Shown piece by piece: positions 22,068 to 31,111 of a stretch of 64,000 nt of DNA. Each line of letters begins with the position of its first letter. Position 1 is the first letter of the stretch. The position numbers and the translations under genes are program-made. This stretch comes from Clostridia bacterium (GTDB lineage Bacteria; Bacillota; Clostridia; UMGS1883; UMGS1540). The stretch spans positions 6,407 to 70,406 of the forward strand of contig JAZSDN010000050.1 of NCBI GenBank assembly GCA_045531205.1. Direction: 5' to 3'. The notes under the pieces were generated by a model that saw nothing but the letters and a program-made list of their open reading frames with translations, was not told the DNA's origin and ran no database searches.

Positions 22068-22919
22068 ATGCAGTATTACGCTTTGCTTATTATAGCAGTA
22101 GTTTTTTCGTCATTTCAAAGTATTTTTAATCAAAAATTTCAAAAATACGAAGGTAACAATGTAACAAGTGCATTGAATTTTGCAGGTTTTAGTTATTTTA
22201 CTATTTTTATTATAATCCTTTTTATGTCGGGCTTTAAAATACGTTTTAATTTTTTTGCACTTTTTATTGCTCTTTTTTACGGCTGTCTTAATGTGGGACA
22301 TTGCTATTTTGCATTAAAAGCATTTTCAAAAGTAAATTTATCAGTATTTTCTATATTTAATATGCTCGGCGGAATGCTTCTCCCCTTTTGTGCAGGAATA
22401 ATTTTTTCAAACGAAAACATTACCTTATTTAAGTTATTTTCGTGTTTTACAATAATTTTATCTATTATTTTGCAATTCAGAAAAGGCAAATCCTTTTTTT
22501 CGGGTATATTATATTGCCTGGCTGTATTTTTCTGTAACGGAATATGTGGAGTTTTGTCATTTATTCATCAGTCAAACCAAAGTCTTGCAACAGATTCATT
22601 AAGCTTTATGGCGTCTTATTCACTATTTACTGCAATAATATGCTTTGTATGGCTTATGTGTAAAAATAAAAAAATAGTTTTACCTTCAAGGCAAGGCTTG
22701 TCTTGTTCCTTTGGATACGCAGTATGTTGCGGAACAGGTAATCTTTTATCATTAATTGCTTTAAAACATCTGCCTGCATCCGTACAATATCCATTCTTAA
22801 CAGGTGGCGTAATTATTTTCTCGTTTATAATAAGCATACTGCAAAAAGAAAAGGTTTCTTTAAAATCTGTTGTGTCGGTCCTTCTTGCATTTTTGGCAAC
22901 ATTATTTATAGTTCTTTAA
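22068..22919 (+). CDS. Polytopic membrane protein (DMT/EamA-like, about 10 TM)
   Basis: 283 aa, very hydrophobic. No clear family motif. Confidence 0.4.
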   Translation: MQYYALLIIAVVFSSFQSIFNQKFQKYEGNNVTSALNFAGFSYFTIFIIILFMSGFKIRFNFFALFIALFYGCLNVGHCYFALKAFSKVNLSVFSIFNMLGGMLLPFCAGIIFSNENITLFKLFSCFTIILSIILQFRKGKSFFSGILYCLAVFFCNGICGVLSFIHQSNQSLATDSLSFMASYSLFTAIICFVWLMCKNKKIVLPSRQGLSCSFGYAVCCGTGNLLSLIALKHLPASVQYPFLTGGVIIFSFIISILQKEKVSLKSVVSVLLAFLATLFIVL

Positions 22920-22942
22920 AAACACGCCCGCATGGGCGTTTT

Positions 22943-24223
22943 TTAGTCTATAATGTATTCTTTTTCTTCGGTAACAGGATTCCCTAACAGGCTTTCCCAC
23001 CAGAACACTTTTATCTTATTGCCTGCTTTTATATTTTTTAAAGAAACAGGCAAAACTTCAAGTGCGTTATGATATTCCAACTTTAAAAATCTATCATCAC
23101 CATCATATACTGCAACAATTACAAGTCCTTTGGTAAGGCTTGAATTTATATCAAAATCCAGATTTCCATCTGCAAAAATTACATTTGAAATTGAAAAATT
23201 GATTCCCAAAACATCTTCAAAAGCCATAACTTTTCCGGAATCAGCAAAGAATGCTGCGTCCTTTATAATTAAATCTGACGCATAAGGCGTTTCTTTTTTT
23301 TCAAAACACAAATATACCATTGTGTCATTTTCAAAATTATATAAATTATGTCTTGCAAAAACAAGGTTTAGTCTGCCTTGCACGTTTTTTGTAAAAACAG
23401 AGCCAAAATCAGACTCACAAGACACAAATTCAAGCTTGCTCGAATTATATTCAATAACTAATTCTGCAGCATTCATTTCGCCTGTTACCTTTATGGGAAC
23501 CTTGTATCCGTTTTTGTAAGAAATGAATTCAGCAGGTTTTATGCTTGTGCTGGCAATTTTTTCAGCACAAGAAAAATTATTCAAATTATTTACTATATGT
23601 TCACCAAGAAGATTAAAATCTGTTTTATCGGTTATTCCGCTGTCATCAATATCCCCGGCAGTTATGTCACGGTATTCTTTTGGATGCAAAAATATTACCA
23701 AATCGTGTGCCGAAATTTTTTCGTCAGCATCGGTATCGCCTTTTGAATAAAGCAAGCTTCTGCCATTTGAATTATGCATACTTACAAGCTTTTCGTCCAA
23801 AGACTCTATGCTTGCATCATTTGACAAAACCTTTAAATCAAAAGAATACAAAAGCCCGTCCAAAGCCCTGCAGTTAGAAGGTTTTACCCATACAAATTTC
23901 ACAAACTCAAGGTCTTCGACGTTGTTTCCTGCATTCGGATCAATATTTGTTGCGGCAGAGCCACCGGCAAAAACATTGTTTGATTTTCTTAAGCTTCCCA
24001 TTACAGGCTCAAGCTTTCCTTTTTCAAACCAAACTTCGTAAACCATAGTGGCAAATCCCGGATTGTTTTTTATGTAAACGTTACAGGTAATTGTATTCCC
24101 TTCAAAAAAGTCTCCATCAAATTCAGCATAAACAGTAGGCGGCTCTGCCCCTATTTGCGCAAATGAAATTAATGGACACAGCAGAATTATTATTGCTGTA
24201 AATACACTTATAAATTTTTTCAT
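22943..24223 (-). CDS. Secreted protein with dockerin-like Ca-binding repeat pair flanked by cohesin-like beta-sandwich modules (tentative)
   Basis: 426 aa with signal peptide. The two 12-residue repeats DTDADEKISAHD and DIDDSGITDKTD fit the dockerin EF-hand-like pattern (D1, D3, D/S5, I8, D12), and their start residues are 29 aa apart. Flanking regions read like cohesin modules (TCNVYIKNNPGFATMVYEVWFEKGKLEPV; VPIKVTGEMNAAELVIEYNSSKLEFVSCE). Confidence 0.45.
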   Translation of the reverse strand: MKKFISVFTAIIILLCPLISFAQIGAEPPTVYAEFDGDFFEGNTITCNVYIKNNPGFATMVYEVWFEKGKLEPVMGSLRKSNNVFAGGSAATNIDPNAGNNVEDLEFVKFVWVKPSNCRALDGLLYSFDLKVLSNDASIESLDEKLVSMHNSNGRSLLYSKGDTDADEKISAHDLVIFLHPKEYRDITAGDIDDSGITDKTDFNLLGEHIVNNLNNFSCAEKIASTSIKPAEFISYKNGYKVPIKVTGEMNAAELVIEYNSSKLEFVSCESDFGSVFTKNVQGRLNLVFARHNLYNFENDTMVYLCFEKKETPYASDLIIKDAAFFADSGKVMAFEDVLGINFSISNVIFADGNLDFDINSSLTKGLVIVAVYDGDDRFLKLEYHNALEVLPVSLKNIKAGNKIKVFWWESLLGNPVTEEKEYIID

Positions 24224-24241
24224 AACTGTTCCTTTCGATAA

Positions 24242-25159
24242 TTAAATTACCTTTTCAAAAACTCTTTTAAAATTATGGAAGGTTATTTTTCTTATAATTT
24301 CTTCGCTGTAGTTTAATTTAAGAAGTTCATTTATTACTTTTAAATGGTCTCTGACTCCGTTTATTCCTGCGGGTAGATTTCCGTCTACTCCGTCAAAGTC
24401 GGCGCCAAATCCCACGTTATTTTCACCGCCAAGTTCCATAAAATGTTCAATATGCTTTATAATATCAGAAATTTTTGCTCTTGTTTTACTGTTCAAAAAA
24501 TTCGAACAGTAATTTATTCCCGCAACACCGCCTGATGAAATCAAAGCTTTAAATTGTTCGTCAGTAAGATTTCTTGAATGCGGGCATACAGCATACGAGT
24601 TTGAGTGGGATGCTATTACAGGTTTTGTTGCTAATTCCAAAACATCATAAAAGCCTTTTTCGGATATGTGAGATAAATCAATCATTATCCCCTTTTCTTG
24701 CATTTGTAAAACAAGTTCTCTTCCAAACCGGGTAAGACCGGGCACTTCGGCAGATGTGCAGTTTGTATCGCTTACCCCGTTTAAATTATTCCAGGTAAGT
24801 GTCATACATCTTACACCTTTATTGTAGAGTATGTCAAGATTTTTTAAATCTTTATTTAATGCCTCTGCCCCTTCAATTCCAATAATTACACTGTTTTTAT
24901 GTTTGGAAAAATCAGATGCTTTTCTTATTATTTTAAAAATTCCAAAATCTTCCTGCGTAGCAAAAAACGAAAGTTTTTCCAATATGGTGCTCCATTTGTC
25001 ACCATTTATTGATGCAGGACAAATATTTGATACTGCAACAGTGCTATTATAAACCGAAGCTTTCTCGAAGCTGAACTCACACTCTGTATTGTAAAGGTTT
25101 TCACCTTTTTTCATTTCTAAAATTGTGTCATTATGTCCGTCAAATAAATCAAAATGCAT
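24242..25159 (-). CDS. Membrane dipeptidase (peptidase M19 family)
   Basis: 305 aa: MHFDLFDGHNDTIL..., LTWN, DLSHIS, ASHSNS, the M19 metal-ligand motifs. Confidence 0.75.
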   Translation of the reverse strand: MHFDLFDGHNDTILEMKKGENLYNTECEFSFEKASVYNSTVAVSNICPASINGDKWSTILEKLSFFATQEDFGIFKIIRKASDFSKHKNSVIIGIEGAEALNKDLKNLDILYNKGVRCMTLTWNNLNGVSDTNCTSAEVPGLTRFGRELVLQMQEKGIMIDLSHISEKGFYDVLELATKPVIASHSNSYAVCPHSRNLTDEQFKALISSGGVAGINYCSNFLNSKTRAKISDIIKHIEHFMELGGENNVGFGADFDGVDGNLPAGINGVRDHLKVINELLKLNYSEEIIRKITFHNFKRVFEKVI

Positions 25160-25511
25160 TCTTAATTACCTCTATGCTGTCGGGTTTGAATATTTTTTTG
25201 CCTGCATCTCCCGTTATTGCAACAACGTCAAACCTTACAGGAATGTCAGGATTTTTTATTATATAAAGATTAGCTGTTTTTCGTATTTTTTCTATTTTTG
25301 AAGGTGTGATAGCACCAAGTGCTCCCCCAAAATCATTACTTTTGCGAAGCTTAACCTCAATAAAAACAAGATATTCTTTATCTTTGGCAATAATGTCTAT
25401 TTCCCCAAAGCGACAAGAAAAATTTCTTTCTATAATCTTGTATCCGTGGCGTTTTAAATAACGCACTGCGGCTTTTTCGCCTATATCTCCTAAAAATCTT
25501 TTAAGTATCAT
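25149..25511 (-). CDS. yraN: YraN-family endonuclease (UPF0102)
   Basis: 120 aa: GEKAAVRYLKRHGYKIIERNFSCRFGEIDIIA. Conserved downstream of rnhB. Confidence 0.8.
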   Translation of the reverse strand: MILKRFLGDIGEKAAVRYLKRHGYKIIERNFSCRFGEIDIIAKDKEYLVFIEVKLRKSNDFGGALGAITPSKIEKIRKTANLYIIKNPDIPVRFDVVAITGDAGKKIFKPDSIEVIKNAF

Positions 25512-26137
25512 TTTTCAAGTATCTTTCCTATAAAGGTTTTTCTGTGTATTTCACACGGACCATATTCCTTTAAAGCTTTTATATGTTCAGCTGTGCCATA
25601 TCCCTTGTGCTTTGCAAAATTATATTCAGGATATTTTTCGGAAAGTGCAACAATTTCTCTGTCCCTCGAAACCTTTGCAAGTATTGATGCTGCAGATATA
25701 CTTATGCTTTTTGAATCACCTTTTACAACACATTCGAAAGGAATTTCACTTTTGTAAAAACGGTTACCGTCAACAAGTAAAAATTCAGGTTTTACCGAAA
25801 GTGCATCTACTGCTCTTTTCATTGCAAGATATGTAGCATTAAGAATATTGTATTCATCTATTTCTTCAGCACTTGCTCTTCCGACTCCCCAGGAAATTGC
25901 ATTGCTTGTTATCACGTCAAAAAGTAATTCCCTCTTTTTTTCGGAAAGCTTTTTAGAATCGTTTATGCCTTCAATTATTAAACCCTTCGGTAAAATAACT
26001 GCTCCCGCAAAAACATCTCCTGCCAAAGGTCCTCTGCCTGCTTCATCAATACCTGCAATAACGCTGTAGCCTTTATTGAAAAAGTCTTGCTCAAAACTTA
26101 TCATTTCAAGAACTCTTTCCTTTTCTCCTTCTTTCAA
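25508..26137 (-). CDS. rnhB: Ribonuclease HII
   Basis: 209 aa: AGIDEAGRGPLAGDV (DEAGRGP catalytic motif). Confidence 0.9.
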   Translation of the reverse strand: MKEGEKERVLEMISFEQDFFNKGYSVIAGIDEAGRGPLAGDVFAGAVILPKGLIIEGINDSKKLSEKKRELLFDVITSNAISWGVGRASAEEIDEYNILNATYLAMKRAVDALSVKPEFLLVDGNRFYKSEIPFECVVKGDSKSISISAASILAKVSRDREIVALSEKYPEYNFAKHKGYGTAEHIKALKEYGPCEIHRKTFIGKILEK

Positions 26138-26296
26138 ATAAAATACCTTCTTTCAGTATACATATAATATTTATATTAACTTACACTAGCTACAATTTTT
26201 TAAAAACCTCAAATCATTCTTGCAATTTTCTTTACAGTGTGTTATACTGCAATAAATTAAATATTTAAACTGCCACCGGGTAGTCGATGTTTTTTA

Positions 26297-26355
26297 GCAT
26301 TCGTTTGTATATCGTTAGGTCTTAGAAGATATACTTGCGAATGTTTGTTTTTTAT
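26297..26355 (+). promoter_or_regulatory. Leader terminator/attenuator upstream of pnuC (candidate riboswitch expression platform)
   Basis: Transcript from TTGCAA-17-TATACT (26214-26242). An interrupted hairpin follows: GCATTCG(26297-26303) / GTATATC(26307-26313) ... GATATAC(26328-26334) / CGAATGT(26338-26344). Then TTTGTTTTTTAT, ending 2 nt before the SD GGAGG (26356-26360). Confidence 0.35.
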
Positions 26356-26366
26356 GGAGGTTTATT

Positions 26367-27053
26367 GTGAATAAATTAAAAACATATTTTTCAAAAACTG
26401 ACTTTGCTTTATGGGTATCTTCTGCAATACTTATTATAGTTTCATTCTGTATATTTGACAGAAAAAGTTATCTGACCCTTTGTGCATCACTTATTGGTGT
26501 TACATCGCTTATTTTTAATGCTAAAGGAAACCCTTTGGGGCAGTTTCTAATGATAATTTTTAGTATTATTTACGGAATTATCTCCTATACTTTTCGTTAT
26601 TACGGAGAAATGATAACCTATCTTGGCATGACAATGCCTATGGCTTTTTTGGCACTTATTTCATGGCTTAAAAATCCGTATAACGGAAACAAAGCGGAAG
26701 TAAAGGTAAATACATTAACTGTAAAAGAAAATGTTTTTTTATGGTTAATTACCGCTATAGTTACTGTTATTTTTTATTTTATACTAAAATACTTTAACAC
26801 CGCAAATATAATTCCAAGCACTCTTTCTGTTACAACAAGCTTTCTTGCTGTATATCTTACATTCAGACGAAGCCCCTATTTTGCTTTGGCTTATGCTGCA
26901 AACGATATTGTACTGATAGCGTTGTGGGTGTTAGCTAGTTTTTATGATATACGATACATATCTGTAGTCGTTTGCTTTGTATCCTTTCTTTTTAACGATA
27001 TATATGGCTACATAAACTGGCAAAAAATGAAAGTTCGGCAAAACAAATCATAA
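26367..27053 (+). CDS. pnuC: Nicotinamide riboside/NMN transporter PnuC family
   Basis: 228 aa, 7-8 TM. GTG start with a GGAGG SD. Sequence pattern (…NAKGNPLGQF…, W…NPYNGNKAEV) typical of PnuC. Confidence 0.7.
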   Translation: MNKLKTYFSKTDFALWVSSAILIIVSFCIFDRKSYLTLCASLIGVTSLIFNAKGNPLGQFLMIIFSIIYGIISYTFRYYGEMITYLGMTMPMAFLALISWLKNPYNGNKAEVKVNTLTVKENVFLWLITAIVTVIFYFILKYFNTANIIPSTLSVTTSFLAVYLTFRRSPYFALAYAANDIVLIALWVLASFYDIRYISVVVCFVSFLFNDIYGYINWQKMKVRQNKS

Positions 27054-27060
27054 ATTTAAT

Positions 27061-28719
27061 TTATTTTGTAGAGTCTTTTTCAGATAATTTTCTTGCCATT
27101 TCAAGTGCTTCGTCAATATTTAGGGCAAAGTTTTCTTCTCCTACTTTATCATAAAAGCCTGATTTTTTCATTACCGAAAGCGGTTGCTCGTTAACGTGTG
27201 AGAAAATAACTGCAATTTTGTTTTCTGCACAAAAATCGTAAACCTTAATAAGAGTTTGAAGTGCCGAAACGTCAATTGTAGGCACGCTTCTCATTCTAAG
27301 AATAATTGCTTTGTAACCTGATTTTATAGGAATTGAAGCAACAATATCACTTGTTGCAAAAAACATAGGTCCGTCAATTTCGAAAACCTGTGTTTTCTTT
27401 GGAACCTCTTTTAATCTTTCTCTTGCATTTTCTTCTGCTTCATCAGCCTTTGTCCACGGTCTTACGTGGGTAACCTCTGTCATTCTTTTCATAAAAAGAA
27501 TGACTGCAAGCAAAAGCCCAATTTCAATAGCAACCACCAAATCAAATACAACTGTTAAAACAAAGGTTAAAACAAGTACTATAATATCGCTTTTGGGTGC
27601 AGTTTTGCAGATTTTAACAAACTGACGCCACTCGCTCATATTATAAGCTACCATAAACAATACAGCCGCAATAACAGGCATTGGAATCCATGCTGCATAA
27701 GGCATTAAAACAACTAAAACAAGAAGTAATACAATAGCGTGAACAATGCCTGATACGGGTGTTTTTCCACCGTTTTTAACATTTGCTGCAGTTCTTGCAA
27801 TGGCGCCCGTTGCGGGAATTCCGCCAAATAATCCAGAGAAAATGTTACCTGCACCCTGGGCTATCAGCTCTGTATTTGAATGATGCTTATCCCATATCAT
27901 TCCGTCCGAAACAACGCACGAAAGAAGTGATTCAATAGCCGCAAGTATTGCAATTGTAAATGCACTTGGCACAAGCTGTTTTATCATTGCAAAATTTATC
28001 TCGGGCACGGAAAAAGCAGGAAGTGATTTTGAAATTGTATATAAATCACCAATTGTATTTACCTGCATTTGCAAAGCTTTTACCATTACTGTTCCTACAA
28101 TAACCGCAATAAGAGATCCGGGTATTTTTTTTGACACCTTTGGCCATATAATTAAAATTAAAAGTGCAACAGCTCCAACCAAAACAGCTTGCCAGTTTAT
28201 TGTGAATAAAGACTTTGCAACACAGGATAGCTTCTCTATAGTTTCAACCGCGTGTGCACCTTCCGGGAATGTAAGTCCCATAAAGTCTTTAAGCTGACCT
28301 ATTAAAATTGTAACCGCGATACCTGATGTAAAGCCCGTTGTAATTGTGTGAGGTATGTACTTTATTAAAGCTCCAAGTCTGAATAAACCCATTAAAATCA
28401 GAATAATGCCTGCCATAATGGTTGCAATAACAAGTCCCTCTGTGCCAAATGTTGCTACAATTCCTGCAACAATTGTAGCAAAAGCAGCGGTAGGACCTGA
28501 AATATTTACTTTACTTCCGCCTAAAAGGGCAATTACAAAGCCTGCTACAATCGCAGTATAAAGTCCTTTTTCGGGAGCAACCCCTGATGCAATTGCTAAA
28601 GCTATTGAAAGCGGCAATGCTATAATTGCTACAATAATACCTGCTACCACATCGGAAGCAAATGTCTTCATATTATAATTTTTAAGTTCCGAAAAAAGCT
28701 TAGGACTGAAAATGTTCAT
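27061..28719 (-). CDS. SulP-family anion permease with C-terminal STAS domain
   Basis: 552 aa. N-terminal Sulfate_transp membrane domain (ALPLSIALAIASGV, GPTAAFA) plus a C-terminal STAS fold. Confidence 0.85.
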   Translation of the reverse strand: MNIFSPKLFSELKNYNMKTFASDVVAGIIVAIIALPLSIALAIASGVAPEKGLYTAIVAGFVIALLGGSKVNISGPTAAFATIVAGIVATFGTEGLVIATIMAGIILILMGLFRLGALIKYIPHTITTGFTSGIAVTILIGQLKDFMGLTFPEGAHAVETIEKLSCVAKSLFTINWQAVLVGAVALLILIIWPKVSKKIPGSLIAVIVGTVMVKALQMQVNTIGDLYTISKSLPAFSVPEINFAMIKQLVPSAFTIAILAAIESLLSCVVSDGMIWDKHHSNTELIAQGAGNIFSGLFGGIPATGAIARTAANVKNGGKTPVSGIVHAIVLLLVLVVLMPYAAWIPMPVIAAVLFMVAYNMSEWRQFVKICKTAPKSDIIVLVLTFVLTVVFDLVVAIEIGLLLAVILFMKRMTEVTHVRPWTKADEAEENARERLKEVPKKTQVFEIDGPMFFATSDIVASIPIKSGYKAIILRMRSVPTIDVSALQTLIKVYDFCAENKIAVIFSHVNEQPLSVMKKSGFYDKVGEENFALNIDEALEMARKLSEKDSTK

Positions 28720-28754
28720 AGTTTACGCTCCTTATGTCAATAAATCAAGAGAAG

Positions 28755-29288
28755 TTATTTGCAAAACTTTTCTACGTAGTTGTTAATGGCTTTATCAATT
28801 ATTTTAATTGACGTTTCGTGACCGCTTACTTCGTTTACAGCGGTTTCTTTATTTTCAAGATTTTTATATACGCTGAAAAAGTGACTCATTTCGTCAAAAA
28901 CATGCCCCGGAAGTTCTGTTATATCTTTATACATATTATAGTTCGGATCACTAAATGGAATTGCAATGATTTTTTCGTCATTACGTCCATTATCTATCAT
29001 TGAAATAACCCCTATAGGATACGCACGGACAAGTGTCATTGGTTCAATTTGCTCTGAACAAAGCAAAAGCACATCCAGAGGGTCGTTATCATCGCCATAA
29101 GTACGAGGAATAAAGCCATAGTTTGCAGGATAATGAGTTGAGGTGTACAAAATTCTGTCCAGCATAAGATAACCCGTTTCCTTATCCAGCTCGTATTTTT
29201 TCTTACTTCCTTTTGAAATTTCTATAACGCAAATAAAATCTTCTGCGTGTATTCTTTTCGGGGAAATATCGTGCCATATATTCGACAT
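28755..29288 (-). CDS. ppa: Inorganic pyrophosphatase (family I)
   Basis: 177 aa: ...EISKGSKKKYELDKETG...DGDPLDVL... Confidence 0.9.
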   Translation of the reverse strand: MSNIWHDISPKRIHAEDFICVIEISKGSKKKYELDKETGYLMLDRILYTSTHYPANYGFIPRTYGDDNDPLDVLLLCSEQIEPMTLVRAYPIGVISMIDNGRNDEKIIAIPFSDPNYNMYKDITELPGHVFDEMSHFFSVYKNLENKETAVNEVSGHETSIKIIDKAINNYVEKFCK

Positions 29289-29480
29289 TTTTCTAACTCC
29301 TTTTTAATTATGCTTTAATTGTTAATGTATTTTTCACAAGAGCTTTTATCTTCTTGCAGATTTAATATTGTATATTCTATAAAATTAAGTAAATTCCTTT
29401 ATATAAAGACTGTAGAATCTAGATGCCAGTTGTTTAAGTTGAAAGTTCGTGTTAAGTTAGAAACAAAGAGCTTTATTTTC

Positions 29481-30245
29481 TTAATCTACATACTCGCCAA
29501 GTTCTTTTAATTTTGTGATAATATCCTCTTTTTCTTTTTCAAGTTCTTTTATCTCTTTTTTATACCTATCAACATCACTTTTATATGTATTTATACTTAC
29601 ATTGCGTGTTTCTATTGTTCCGTAGCACACCTCCTGAGCTCCTCTTAACACACCAATATCCCCACTTTTAGTTGGACTAGTGCTTTTTTCCAATTCTGTA
29701 ATCCTCTTTTCATATTCCGCGATTTCATTATATTCGTCTTGTATATCATTTTCTAATTCAATGATTCTTTCTTCATTGTTAGATATATCGTTAGTCCGAT
29801 ATGAAATTGTACTATCAATCGACTCTAACCGATTTTTCAATTTATTCACATACTCCGCATATTCTTTCTTTTCTTGAGCAAGGTTTTCTTGCTTTTCTTT
29901 TTCAGCCTTAATCTTGTTCAAATTTGTTTGAATTTCTTGTTGTTTTTCTTCATTTCTATAGAAAATGCTTGTTGTCTTTTCCTTTAAATCAATCAAAGTG
30001 AGTACATCATTTTTCACTGTATACCTATATTCTGATGCCATACCCCAAAAGGAAATTGAAAGGTTATCTTCACCATATAATGAATAATCCATAGACATAC
30101 CATCAGATATTACTTTTCCATTAGAGTTAAATGATATTGTTTCTCCATTTTCAGCCATCCAATATCCCTCTACGGTTTCTTGCTCTTTGGTACATCCTGA
30201 AAGGATTAAAACCATCATTAATAATCCAATTATAAGTTTTCTCAT
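29481..30245 (-). CDS. Lipoprotein with long coiled-coil region (hypothetical)
   Basis: 254 aa. Lipobox LILSGC at the N-terminus. The C-terminal half is heptad-rich E/K coiled-coil. Confidence 0.5.
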   Translation of the reverse strand: MRKLIIGLLMMVLILSGCTKEQETVEGYWMAENGETISFNSNGKVISDGMSMDYSLYGEDNLSISFWGMASEYRYTVKNDVLTLIDLKEKTTSIFYRNEEKQQEIQTNLNKIKAEKEKQENLAQEKKEYAEYVNKLKNRLESIDSTISYRTNDISNNEERIIELENDIQDEYNEIAEYEKRITELEKSTSPTKSGDIGVLRGAQEVCYGTIETRNVSINTYKSDVDRYKKEIKELEKEKEDIITKLKELGEYVD

Positions 30246-30442
30246 TCGTTACACCTCTCAGTTATTCTTTCGACAATATTCGACACTCTTTCTATGATTT
30301 TGTCAAGTCAGGTTAAAAAATATATAAATTGCAAATTTTTAATTTAATTTGTTTCTTAGCAAAAGAGCGTATTTAAAAATAAATTTATTTTCTAAAAAGT
30401 GGCTCGTTTGTCCCATTAGACAAGCATAAAATTTCGTAACAT

Positions 30443-31111
30443 TTATATTTTATAAGCCTTTTCGGTAGGAATGGCAAATACTATACCTCTTGCCTCGGAA
30501 TTAAGACCGAATTCTTTGTTTAAATCAAGCATAATCTGTTTACTTGTTTTAAGAGGTGCAAGAATACAAAGTATTTCGCGTTCACCTTGCATATCATCTT
30601 TTCCTAATGTTGCAAATTGTTCTGCTTCTGCCAATCTTCCTTTAATAACAGTTCCGCCGGTTGCTCCTGCTTTTCTTGCAACATGCATTACATCGTCGGA
30701 ATATCCTTCGTTCACAGATATAATAATCAAATTGTTATGATGTTCGTTTTTCATTGAACCGTCTCCCTTTTCTGCGTTTTTATCACTGTTAAAATTCAGC
30801 ATCTCGCTCAGAATTCTGCTTGCGGCAGAAACTTCTAAAATTATCATAAGTCCGCCATATTTTGAATGGCTTGCAAATGTGGTTCCAAAATTAGCCATCA
30901 TATTCTTTACAACACTTTCTGATCCAAGACTTATAATTATATCCTTGTCGTTTGTTCCAAGACCGAAAATGTCCATCATTTCAGTCGGTGCAGTGCCAAA
31001 CCCAACCGACTGAAAGTTTATTTTTATGTTGAGGTTTTCTAATTCTTTAATAAGCTTTTTCCCTTTATCACGTTCAACTATTGATAAAAGAAGCATAGGT
31101 TTTTTACTCAT
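30443..31111 (-). CDS. Tandem PII-like (GlnB-fold) domain protein, partner of the DUF1538-like membrane protein
   Basis: Start refined to M13 (ATG 31109-31111). GAGGAGGG SD 8 nt upstream, and the ATG overlaps the upstream stop (ctATGAGTAA). Two ferredoxin-like repeats (MLLLSIVERDKGKKLIKELENLNIKINFQSVGFG...; LIIISVNEGYSDDVMHVARKAGATGGTVIKGRL) resemble PII/GlnB-fold modules. Confidence 0.5.
   Translation of the reverse strand: MSKKPMLLLSIVERDKGKKLIKELENLNIKINFQSVGFGTAPTEMMDIFGLGTNDKDIIISLGSESVVKNMMANFGTTFASHSKYGGLMIILEVSAASRILSEMLNFNSDKNAEKGDGSMKNEHHNNLIIISVNEGYSDDVMHVARKAGATGGTVIKGRLAEAEQFATLGKDDMQGEREILCILAPLKTSKQIMLDLNKEFGLNSEARGIVFAIPTEKAYKI

Noticed and set aside
29289-29510. Small ORF 29319..29510 (+) in the intergenic region upstream of the coiled-coil lipoprotein
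   Set aside because: It overlaps the lipoprotein 3' end on the opposite strand, is AT-rich and Leu/Phe/Lys-biased, and has no RBS.
30246-30442. Hairpin GCTTGTC…GACAAACGAGC plus T-run downstream of the PII-like gene, as a possible terminator or ncRNA
   Set aside because: Imperfect stem with bulges, so at best a weak terminator. There is no evidence for an independent ncRNA.
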